Source: Planctomycetota bacterium (GTDB lineage: Bacteria; Planctomycetota; Phycisphaerae; FEN-1346). From it: a stretch of 33,731 bases of DNA. Under the pieces are notes generated by a model. The model was given only the letters and a program-made list of their open reading frames with translations, was not told the DNA's origin and ran no database searches. Below are positions 8,268-14,759 of this stretch, piece after piece. The number at the start of each line of letters is the position of its first letter. Position 1 is the stretch's first letter. Location of the stretch: contig JAPLML010000066.1 in assembly GCA_026387055.1 (NCBI GenBank), positions 1 through 33,731 on the forward strand. The letters are read 5' to 3'. The translations under genes and the position numbers were made by a program.

Positions 8268-8405
8268 GGCCTGTCTCCGCGACTTGGTTCCTGGATTTCG
8301 GTCGTCACCGGACCTTCTGTCGGCTCCCGGACATGGGTAGAGCTCAGCAATTCCAGGTTTTTTTCACTCCCCATCAACCATCTTGTCCGCAACCCAACCC
8401 GATCA

Positions 8406-8430
8406 TAAGTTTAGCACATTCCGAAACTTA
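8406..8430. promoter_or_regulatory. Inverted repeat TAAGTTT-N11-AAACTTA, candidate operator in the divergent switch region
   Basis: 7-bp perfect arms at 8406-8412 and 8424-8430. The arms overlap the -10 and abut the -35 of the candidate leftward promoter. CGAAACT also recurs at 8422-8428 and 8455-8461, 33 nt apart. Confidence 0.4.
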
Positions 8431-8435
8431 GTCAA
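8408..8435 (-). promoter_or_regulatory. Candidate leftward promoter (TTGACT-N16-TAAACT) for the repressor gene
   Basis: The minus strand reads TTGACTaagtttcggaatgtgcTAAACT. It lies in the AT-richer intergenic region upstream of the 8267 start. Confidence 0.35.
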
Positions 8436-8497
8436 GCGAGAAGCTCCTCGAAATCGAAACTAGACCACGCCTGCCAAAATAAGGCATCAGATTGTGT

Positions 8498-8525
8498 TTG
8501 ACGCAGAGTAAAAGTGTGGTATAAT
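8498..8525 (+). promoter_or_regulatory. Near-consensus sigma70 promoter (TTGACG-N16-TATAAT with TGn extended -10) for the rightward operon
   Basis: Reads TTGACGcagagtaaaagtgTGgTATAAT, with -35 at 8498-8503 and -10 at 8520-8525, about 29 nt upstream of ATG 8554. Confidence 0.65.
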
Positions 8526-8553
8526 AAGTAGCAAAGGTTGGCGGCTGGCACAC

Positions 8554-9102
8554 ATGGCCTACGGCATGCAGAACGGCGATGGCCTTACAAAGAGTGGCGG
8601 TTTGCTGGGCAGCAAACCGGCCACGCTGAGTTACGCACTACGGGAACACGATCTCCGATTGCTGCCCTTGAAGGAGAGGTGTCTCTTGCGCCTCCTCTAC
8701 TACCGCGGTGCAACGCAGCGCGAACTGGCAGGGGCCCTCGGAGTCAGCCGTGGGCGCCTGCGTCGCATGCTTCGCAGGGCACATCGGCGGGCCACGGACC
8801 CCCAGAACCTGGCTATCGTGCGGTGCTGGCGCCGCCTGACCGAACAGGAGCAGCGCGTGGTCCGCCTGAACTGCTTCTGGGGGCTGTCGCTCAGAGAGGT
8901 CGCGCGCGACGCACTCATCGCGATGCCACCTGTGGGCGGCAGGCCCGGCAGCACTGCCACGCTGACACAACTGCGGAGCATGATACGGGCAGTTCGGCGC
9001 AAGGCCCGGCGCCACGAGCGGCGGCGCGAGGGTAGCCGCCCCCGCACCGAGGGCATCGGGCAACCAATCACTTCGCCTGGTCAGGAGTCACAGGAAACGT
9101 GA
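8554..9102 (+). CDS. Sigma-70 region-4-like HTH regulator (two tandem r4-like HTH units), possible late-gene activator
   Basis: LPLKERCLLRLLYYRGATQRELAGALGVSRGRLRRML and LTEQEQRVVRLNCFWGLSLREVARD both resemble sigma region 4 / LuxR-type HTH. Its position ahead of the packaging genes resembles RinA/ArpU-type activators (analogy only). Confidence 0.55.
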   Translation: MAYGMQNGDGLTKSGGLLGSKPATLSYALREHDLRLLPLKERCLLRLLYYRGATQRELAGALGVSRGRLRRMLRRAHRRATDPQNLAIVRCWRRLTEQEQRVVRLNCFWGLSLREVARDALIAMPPVGGRPGSTATLTQLRSMIRAVRRKARRHERRREGSRPRTEGIGQPITSPGQESQET

Positions 9103-9382
9103 ACCGTATGCGAAAGCACGGGAGCGTCTCAAGCCGGTCCCCGTACAGCGCCCGAAGCTCCGCCAGGAGTGCTTCGCGCGAGGCGAAACCATCGAGCCGC
9201 GCGTCCTCCTCGGTCAGGGCCTCCGGGCGGACGTCCTCGAACGCCGTCACCAGGACCTTGCCCAACCCCGGTACGAACTCCACCTGGCCGGCGCGCAGCC
9301 GCCGCTTCGGCCAGATTCTCACCGTCTGCCGCTTGGCCCCCGACGCAATCGGTTCCAGAAACTTCTTCTTGAACAGGAGCAT
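9068..9382 (-). CDS. ASCH domain protein
   Basis: MLLFKKKFLEPIASGAKRQTVRIWP...LTEEDARLDGFASREALLAELRALY matches the ASCH (PUA-like) pattern. The internal ATG at 9382 is preferred over the track start at 9433. It overlaps the previous gene convergently by 35 nt. Confidence 0.75.
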   Translation of the reverse strand: MLLFKKKFLEPIASGAKRQTVRIWPKRRLRAGQVEFVPGLGKVLVTAFEDVRPEALTEEDARLDGFASREALLAELRALYGDRLETLPCFRIRFTFPVTPDQAK

Positions 9383-9431
9383 CCCTCGCCTCGGTTGCCG
9401 CGGCGACCCCCTCGGACGGAGGAGCATACGC

Positions 9432-10217
9432 ATGACCCTCTACACGATCAATCAAAAGTTCCAGGCCGCGCCCACCGGCCGCGCGGCCGAACCGTGCGGC
9501 GCGCGCAGACTCAAGGTGGCCGAGATGTTCGGCATCGGCCTCGACGAGTCCTATGAGGTCACGCTCTACCACGACCTCCGCCTCGACGTCCGCCCTGGCG
9601 ACGTGGTGTTCATCACCGGCCCGTCGGGCAGCGGCAAGAGCGTCCTCCTGCGCAATCTGGCCCGCGCCATCCAGGGGGAGCCGCCAACGGGGGCTCGCCT
9701 TGTGGACCTGGGGACCATCCACGAGGCGGGGCGCCGCGGCGACCGGCCTGTCATCGACCTTATGACAGGGCCTCTGGAACAGGCCCTGCGGCTGCTGAGC
9801 GCCGCAGGGCTGGCCGACGCGTTTCTGCTCCTGAGGACGCCGCAGGAGCTTTCCGACGGGCAGCGGTACCGCCTGCGGTTGGCCCTGGCGCTCGATGCGC
9901 TGCTGGGTGGCGCGGCTGAGGACGTGGCGCCGCACGGTTGCCCGCCCGCCGCGGCGGGCGGGCTGAGTGGAGAGGACGGCGGCCTGAATGTGCTGGTCGC
10001 CGATGAGTTCTGTTCCACGCTCGACCTGCTCTGCGCGCGGGCGGTCGCGTACCGCGTCCGCCGTCTGGCGACAACGCACGGCGTCACGGTCCTCGCCGCG
10101 AGCGCCCACGATGATGTCGTGGAGGACCTCGCGCCGGACGTCCTGGTCGCCAAGCACGAGGGGATCGGCATCGAGGTCATCTACGCCGATCCCGGCCGCG
10201 CCGAGGTGCAGCCATGA
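9432..10217 (+). CDS. ABC-type ATPase (stand-alone nucleotide-binding domain)
   Basis: Has Walker A GPSGSGKS, signature-like LSDGQRYR, Walker B VLVADEF and an H-loop-like SAHD. ATG at 9432 is preferred; the upstream part of ORF 9099..10217 is antisense to the ASCH gene. Confidence 0.8.
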   Translation: MTLYTINQKFQAAPTGRAAEPCGARRLKVAEMFGIGLDESYEVTLYHDLRLDVRPGDVVFITGPSGSGKSVLLRNLARAIQGEPPTGARLVDLGTIHEAGRRGDRPVIDLMTGPLEQALRLLSAAGLADAFLLLRTPQELSDGQRYRLRLALALDALLGGAAEDVAPHGCPPAAAGGLSGEDGGLNVLVADEFCSTLDLLCARAVAYRVRRLATTHGVTVLAASAHDDVVEDLAPDVLVAKHEGIGIEVIYADPGRAEVQP

Positions 10218-11065
10218 TCGCCGAGGCGAGGCCCGCCAAGCTGTGCACGCTCCTGGCGAACATCCGCATCGAACGCGGCACCCGCGACGACTGGCTGGCC
10301 CTGGCCCGCTTCCACTACCGCAGCCACGAAGCCGGGGCGGTGACGGGCATCTTTCGCATGGTGTATGACACGGGCGGAGTGCGGACTGCGGAGTGCGGAC
10401 TGCGAAATGAAAAGTCAAAGAGTAAGACGGCAACGATGCCTGACTTTTCACTCCGCACTCCGCATTCCACACTCCGCACTGTCCTTGTCGGCGCGCTCGT
10501 GTACAGCCGCTCGCCCCTGTCGCTGGCGGCCCGCGACCGCGCGACGGGCGGGAGGTACCGGACGGCCGGCATGGGCCGCACGGCCGCGGGGTACCTCATC
10601 AACCGCGAGCTTCGCATTATCAGCCGCGTCGTCCTCGCGCCGAACTGGCGCGGGCTGGGTCTCGCCAGCCGCCTGGTGGCCGAGACGCTCCCCCACGCGG
10701 GGACGCCCTATGTCGAGGCGATGGCCGCGATGGGCGAGATGCACCCGCTGTTTGAACGGGCCGGCATGACGGCCTATCCGCAGCGGCCCGCGCCACAGGG
10801 CGAGCGGCTCCGGGCGGCCCTGGAGGCCGCCGGCATCGACCGGGCGGCCCGCCGACGCGGCGCCGACCTCTTGCGGGCCATCGACGCCTTGCCCCCCGGC
10901 CCGCGCCGCCTCCTGGACCGTGAAGTCGAGCGGTGGGCCCGCTCCTACCTCGGCGCCAAGAACCACCGGACGTGCCGGCTCGGCCGCGAGCGGATGCTCG
11001 ACCTGGCGGCCCGGCATCTCGACAGCGTGCCGGTGTACTACCTATGGAGGAATCCACGCCCATGA
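10214..11065 (+). CDS. GNAT-like acyltransferase-fold protein carrying an in-frame repeat-element insertion
   Basis: RVVLAPNWRGLGLASRLVAE resembles GNAT motif A (R/Q-x-x-G-x-G/A). ATGA start/stop overlap with the ABC ATPase gene (10214-10217). Residues ~GVRTAECGLRNEKSKSKTATMPDFSLRTPHSTLRT are encoded by repeat copy A. Confidence 0.5.
   Translation: MIAEARPAKLCTLLANIRIERGTRDDWLALARFHYRSHEAGAVTGIFRMVYDTGGVRTAECGLRNEKSKSKTATMPDFSLRTPHSTLRTVLVGALVYSRSPLSLAARDRATGGRYRTAGMGRTAAGYLINRELRIISRVVLAPNWRGLGLASRLVAETLPHAGTPYVEAMAAMGEMHPLFERAGMTAYPQRPAPQGERLRAALEAAGIDRAARRRGADLLRAIDALPPGPRRLLDREVERWARSYLGAKNHRTCRLGRERMLDLAARHLDSVPVYYLWRNPRP
10374..10481. repeat. Heptamer-array palindromic element, copy A (inside the GNAT-like CDS, in-frame)
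   Basis: Left array GCGGAGT GCGGACT GCGGAGT GCGGACT GCGAAAT (10374-10408). Extended stem GAAAAGTCA...TGACTTTTC. Loop AAGAGTAAGACGGCAACGATGCC. Right array ACTCCGC ACTCCGC ATTCCAC ACTCCGC (10450-10477). Confidence 0.9.
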
Positions 11066-11523
11066 AAACCACGCCACGCCATCGCAAGATCGCCCGCACG
11101 ATCTGGGAATGCGGGGGCCGGCTCGAAGAGGCCGCCCAGCGAGAAGACGTCCGCCCGGACACGCTGCGCCGGTGGCTCGCCGACGGGGACTTCCGGGCCC
11201 TGCTGGCCGAGGACGCCCTGGAGCCGATCCTCCAGGCCACCAGCGCCATGCTCCGGTGGGCGCCGGTGGCCGTGGCGCGGCTCATCCAGGACCTGGAGGG
11301 CGAGTCGGCCGCCGACGCGCGCCAGGCGGCACGCGAAATCTTCAAGCTTGCCCTCGACACGCAGCGCGAACTCGCCCGCTCCGCCGAGGCGCCGCCCGGC
11401 GATGCCAAGCAGGCCGACGGACCCTCGGACGACCCCCTCACGCAGCGCGTGGCCGGCCTGACCGACGAACAACTGGCCCGAGTGCTCGCCATCCTGAACG
11501 AGACGAAAGGAGACCGCCGATGA
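11062..11523 (+). CDS. Terminase small subunit-like HTH protein
   Basis: 153 aa. The N-terminal HTH GGRLEEAAQREDVRPDTLRRWL is followed by a helical, acidic C-terminus. GGAGG lies 11 nt upstream. ATGA overlaps occur at both ends (11062-11065 and 11520-11523), and it lies two genes before TerL. Confidence 0.5.
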   Translation: MKTTPRHRKIARTIWECGGRLEEAAQREDVRPDTLRRWLADGDFRALLAEDALEPILQATSAMLRWAPVAVARLIQDLEGESAADARQAAREIFKLALDTQRELARSAEAPPGDAKQADGPSDDPLTQRVAGLTDEQLARVLAILNETKGDRR

Positions 11524-12245
11524 CCCTCCAGTGGATCCCCCTGGGCTGCCTGGAGCCGCACCCCGAGAACTCGAACCGCATGCCGCCGCGGCTCCTGGAG
11601 AAACTCAAGGCCCACATCCAGCGCACGGGCCTTTACGAGCCGCTGGTGGTTCGACCCCTTGAGTGCGGAGTGCGGAGTGCGGAATGCGAAGTGCAAGACA
11701 ACAGCAAGAACAGCGCGGCGGAGCCGAGTGCGGCGGAGTCTGCCTCTTTCACTCCGCATTCCGCACTCCTCACTCCGCACGTGCAGTACCAGATTCTCAA
11801 CGGCCACCACCGGGCCGAGGTGCTGCGCCTGCTCGGCCACACGCACGCAAGGTGCGACGTGTGGGAGGTAGACGATGCCGAGGCGCGGCTGCTCCTGGCG
11901 ACCCTCAACCGGCTGGAGGGCCGCGACGATTCGGCGGCGCGGGCGCGGCTCGTGGCGCGGCTGGCCGAGGGACGGTCGGCCGAGGAACTCTCGCGGCTGC
12001 TGCCGGAGCCGGCCGATGCCGTCGAGCGGCTGCTGGCCCTGGCGAAGCCGCCGCCGGCGCCACTCGCGCCCGACGAGGTGGAGGTGCCCGCGCGGCCGAT
12101 GACGTTCTTCCTCACCGACGAGCAGCACGAGGCGGTGAGCGAGGCGCTGCGCGAGGCGGCGGCGCCCGCCGCGCCGAAATGCTCGCGGGCCGAGGCGCTC
12201 GAGCGGCTCGCCCTCTGGTATCTCGAGGCCCGGAACCGCCGCTAG
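11520..12245 (+). CDS. ParB-like nuclease (ParB/Srx N-terminal) domain protein carrying an in-frame repeat-element insertion
   Basis: IPLGCLEPHPENSNRMPPRLLEKLKAHIQRTGLYEPLVVRPL ... YQILNGHHRAEVLRLLG carries the GxxR-type ParB motif. A 40-codon segment encoded by repeat copy B separates VVRPL from YQILNGHHR. Confidence 0.8.
   Translation: MTLQWIPLGCLEPHPENSNRMPPRLLEKLKAHIQRTGLYEPLVVRPLECGVRSAECEVQDNSKNSAAEPSAAESASFTPHSALLTPHVQYQILNGHHRAEVLRLLGHTHARCDVWEVDDAEARLLLATLNRLEGRDDSAARARLVARLAEGRSAEELSRLLPEPADAVERLLALAKPPPAPLAPDEVEVPARPMTFFLTDEQHEAVSEALREAAAPAAPKCSRAEALERLALWYLEARNRR
11661..11780. repeat. Heptamer-array palindromic element, copy B (inside the ParB-like CDS, in-frame, 120 nt)
   Basis: Left array GCGGAGT GCGGAGT GCGGAAT GCGAAGT (11665-11692). 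Right array ACTCCGC ATTCCGC ACTCCTC ACTCCGC (11751-11778). The loop differs from copies A and D. Confidence 0.9.
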
Positions 12246-12267
12246 CGCTCCGTCTCATGTGAAATGA

Positions 12268-12347
12268 GGGGTGCCACGGCCGGCTTGTCCGGCAGCGGCC
12301 GGGCGCACCCCCGGAGTCCCCACGGCGGGACAAGCCCGCCGTGTCAC
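12268..12347. repeat. Family-2 GC-rich palindromic repeat (GTGCCACGGCCGGCTTGTCCGGC ... CCACGGCGGGACAAGCCCGCCGTG), diverged copy
   Basis: Shares the CACGGCCGGCTTGTCCGGC / GGACAAGCC core with the perfect 33-bp inverted repeat at 19470-19555. It lies between the ParB-like gene and TerL. Confidence 0.7.
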
Positions 12348-12417
12348 AAAGACGTGCCGAAGCACGCAGGGTGGGTGCTGTGCATCCACCTTCAACTACA
12401 TCCGGAGAGATCTACTC

Positions 12418-14025
12418 ATGAGCGTTCGCCCTGTGCCGCCGGAGGAGCTTCGGTCGCGCCTCGCGCCGGCGCTCGCCTCGGCCCGCCCGAAGTCGCCCGA
12501 ATCGCTCTGGGAGTTCGTCCGGAGCGTCTACGGCCTGGCCGTCCCGCGGCGGGCGGTGTGCCCCGGCCACGCGGCGCCGATGGAGTACCTGGCGCGGGCG
12601 ATCCTGGCGCCGGGGCGGGACCTGGTGGTCTGGGCCTCCCGCGGCGGCGCGAAGACGGAGCTCGGCAGCGTGGCCGCCCATCTCGATTCCATCCTGCGGC
12701 CGGGGTGCCAGACGCGCATCCTCGGCGGGAGCCTGGACCAGTCTGAAAAAATGTATGAATATCTCATGCGCAAGTGGGGCGGGCCGTTCGCGGCCCTGCT
12801 CGCGCGCGAGCCGACGGCCCGGCGGACTGCGCTCGCCAACGGCTCGGCGATCGAGGTCCTGACCCAGTCGCCGAGGTCGGTCCGCGGCCAGCGCGTGCAC
12901 CGGCTGAAGTGCGACGAGGTCGACGAGTTCTCACCCGACGTCTGGCGGGCCGCGCAGTTCGTCACCCAGTCGAGCCCCGGCCGCGACGGCCGGTGGATCC
13001 CCGCCCAGATGGAGGTCTTCTCGACGCTCCACCGGCCGTTCGGACCGATGGCGGCGCTGGTCGACCGTCTCCTCCAGTGCGGAGTGCGGAATGCGGAGTG
13101 CGGAGTAAACGGCGAACCACGACAAGAGGGTGCGGCACGTTGCCAGTCCATTCCCCCCTCCGAACTCCGCACTCCACACTTGCTCAAGTGGTGTTTGTGG
13201 GAAGTCATCGAGCCCTGCCCCGCCGAGCGGTCGTGCAGCCGGTGCCCCCTGTGGACCGATTGCGAGGGCAAGGCCCGGCGGGCCGACGGCTACTTTCCGA
13301 TCGCCGACGCCATCGCCCAGAAGGCCCGGGCCAGCCGCGAGGCGTGGGAGGCCGAGATGCTGTGCCTGCGGCCCCGCGCGGACCGGCTGGTCTTTGCGGA
13401 GTTCGACCCCGCGCGGCACGTGGCGCCGCTGGCGTATGATCCGGGATTGCCGCTCTATCGCGCCATCGATTTCGGGTACGCGAACCCGTTCGTGTGCCTG
13501 TGGGTGCAGGTCAATGACGGCGGCGCGCGGCAAGGCGCCGGCAACGGGGGCGACCCGGATCTTTCGCGCCTGGAGCTTCGCGTCATCCGCGAGTACGTGG
13601 CCCGCGAGCGGCCCGTGGCCGAGCACGCCCGCGAGATGGGGGCCCGCGATCCGGGGCCGGTGCTCGCGACGTTCGCCGACCCCGCCGGCTGGCAGCGGTC
13701 GGACGTGACGGGCACCGGGCCGTGCCAGGAACTCGCGCGGCTGGGCATCCGCACCCGCACGCCGCGGGCGGGAATCCTGGAAGGGGTGGAGCTCCTGCGG
13801 CGGCTCCTCAAGCCGCGCGACGGCGGACGGTCAGGACTCGTGGTCGACCCGTCGAGCACGTGGCTCGTGCGGGCGTTCCAGGAGTATCACTGGGACGAGT
13901 CCGACGACGGCCGCCGCAACGAGCGCCCGGCCAAGGACGGGGCGGACCATCCGATTGACGCACTGCGATATCTCGTCACCGGACTCTTCCTCAAACGTGA
14001 AGCGGTGAGGGAGAGGAGGTGGTGA
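12418..14025 (+). CDS. Terminase large subunit (ATPase + RNaseH-like nuclease) carrying an in-frame repeat-element insertion
   Basis: Has Walker A-like WASRGGAKTE, Walker B RLKCDEVDEF and an FST coupling motif. The nuclease acidic residues fall in YRAIDFGYANPF, FADPAGW and DGADHPIDALRYLV. ATG at 12418 has GGAGAG 10 nt upstream. Repeat copy C is inserted after the ATPase domain. Confidence 0.9.
   Translation: MSVRPVPPEELRSRLAPALASARPKSPESLWEFVRSVYGLAVPRRAVCPGHAAPMEYLARAILAPGRDLVVWASRGGAKTELGSVAAHLDSILRPGCQTRILGGSLDQSEKMYEYLMRKWGGPFAALLAREPTARRTALANGSAIEVLTQSPRSVRGQRVHRLKCDEVDEFSPDVWRAAQFVTQSSPGRDGRWIPAQMEVFSTLHRPFGPMAALVDRLLQCGVRNAECGVNGEPRQEGAARCQSIPPSELRTPHLLKWCLWEVIEPCPAERSCSRCPLWTDCEGKARRADGYFPIADAIAQKARASREAWEAEMLCLRPRADRLVFAEFDPARHVAPLAYDPGLPLYRAIDFGYANPFVCLWVQVNDGGARQGAGNGGDPDLSRLELRVIREYVARERPVAEHAREMGARDPGPVLATFADPAGWQRSDVTGTGPCQELARLGIRTRTPRAGILEGVELLRRLLKPRDGGRSGLVVDPSSTWLVRAFQEYHWDESDDGRRNERPAKDGADHPIDALRYLVTGLFLKREAVRERRW
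13077..13180. repeat. Heptamer-array palindromic element, copy C (inside TerL CDS, in-frame)
   Basis: Left array GCGGAGT GCGGAAT GCGGAGT GCGGAGT (13079-13106). The right array is degenerate: (CCTCCGA) ACTCCGC ACTCCAC (13157-13177). It encodes CGVRNAECGVNGEPRQEGAARCQSIPPSELRTPH. Confidence 0.85.
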
Positions 14026-14026
14026 G

Positions 14027-14126
14027 GCAAGTGCGGAGTGCGGAATGCGAGATGAAAAGTCATAGAGTAAGACGGCAACGATGCCTCACTTTTCACTCTG
14101 CACTCCGCATTCCGCACTCCGCACTG
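14027..14126. repeat. Heptamer-array palindromic element, copy D (fills the whole TerL/PLD intergenic spacer)
   Basis: Same loop and stem as copy A (GATGAAAAGTCATAGAGTAAGACGGCAACGATGCCTCACTTTTC). I count about 5 mismatches in ~82 hand-aligned nt. It starts 2 nt after the TerL stop and ends at the PLD stop codon. Confidence 0.9.
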
Positions 14127-14654
14127 TCACCAAGGCGATTCGAGGGGGACGGGGCAATGGGGCCTCTGGTGGCAGGTCTGGCACATCGAGCCGGACCAGA
14201 CGGCCTCGAACAGGTCGGCCACGGTGTCCACGAGGACGGGGTCGTCGGTCACGAGGCCGATCTCGAAGTTGCGTCGGCCGGCGCTCTTGGCGCCGAGGCC
14301 CGCGCCGGTGAGGTTGGCGCTGCCGAGGTAGAGCCGCTGACCGTCGGCGATGGCCGCCTTGAAGTGCGTCCGCGGGCAGCGGCGCATGTGAAACACACCG
14401 GGGCGGACCGCCTTGAGTTCCTCGAGGAACGGCCCCGAAGGCACGCCGCTGTGCAGGATCCGCACCTCCACGCCGCCATCGCCCAGGCGCTCGAAGAGCC
14501 GGACGACGCTCTCCGCATGACCGCCGGGCTTGGGAATCCGCGTGGCCTTGAGTGTGGCGGTGGCCACCAGGAGGCTGTCCTTCGCCGACGGAATGAGGTC
14601 CGCCAGGACGCGGGCGTAGATGCGCTCGCCGGTGAGGTACTCGAACTGGGGCAT
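14127..14654 (-). CDS. Phospholipase D-family (single HKD, Nuc-like) protein
   Basis: HKD motif HFKAAIADGQRLYLGSANLT (HxK-x4-D-x6-GSxN). ATG at 14654 has GGGAGG 5 nt upstream and is preferred over the track start at 14747. Confidence 0.8.
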   Translation of the reverse strand: MPQFEYLTGERIYARVLADLIPSAKDSLLVATATLKATRIPKPGGHAESVVRLFERLGDGGVEVRILHSGVPSGPFLEELKAVRPGVFHMRRCPRTHFKAAIADGQRLYLGSANLTGAGLGAKSAGRRNFEIGLVTDDPVLVDTVADLFEAVWSGSMCQTCHQRPHCPVPLESPW

Positions 14655-14759
14655 GAGGGCCTCCCGCTTCCTCCCTGACAACACGTAGGCCGCGGCAACG
14701 CCGCGGCTTCCCGCCATGGGTATGATGGCAGGCCGTAACGTTGCCACGGCCTACGCACT

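Larger units (their letters stand above)
7302..14126. mobile_element. Phage-derived island: CI-like switch plus DNA-packaging genes only (no structural, integrase or replication genes in the window)
   Basis: Contains a CI/LexA-like repressor, a divergent sigma-r4-like regulator, an ASCH gene, and an ABC ATPase, GNAT-like, TerS-like, ParB-like and TerL series. An AT-richer switch region lies at 8268-8553. The island ends at a repeat element abutting a convergent PLD-family gene. Confidence 0.5.

Noticed and set aside
7374-10472. ORFs 7374..8408 (+) and 9129..10472 (-)
   Set aside because: They are antisense to the CI-like repressor and to the ABC ATPase respectively. They have no motifs and a shadow-ORF composition.
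10620-12128. 502-aa ORF on the minus strand
   Set aside because: It is antisense to the coupled GNAT/TerS/ParB genes. It has a shadow-ORF composition and reads through the palindromic repeat only because the repeat arms lack stops in every frame.
10374-13180. Reading the ECGVRSAECG / RTPHSALRTPH peptides as genuine Cys- or His-rich metal-binding motifs
   Set aside because: The same nucleotide units occur in non-coding spacers (14027-14126, 27103-27186, 3054-3076) and on both strands. The peptides are a by-product of a DNA-level 7-nt repeat, not a conserved protein motif.
10374-14126. Possibility that the recurring GCGGAGT-type repeats form a CRISPR array
   Set aside because: The copies are 1.2-1.4 kb apart and internally palindromic with variable length and loops. 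They lie inside well-supported ORFs, there are no regularly spaced short spacers, and no cas genes are present.
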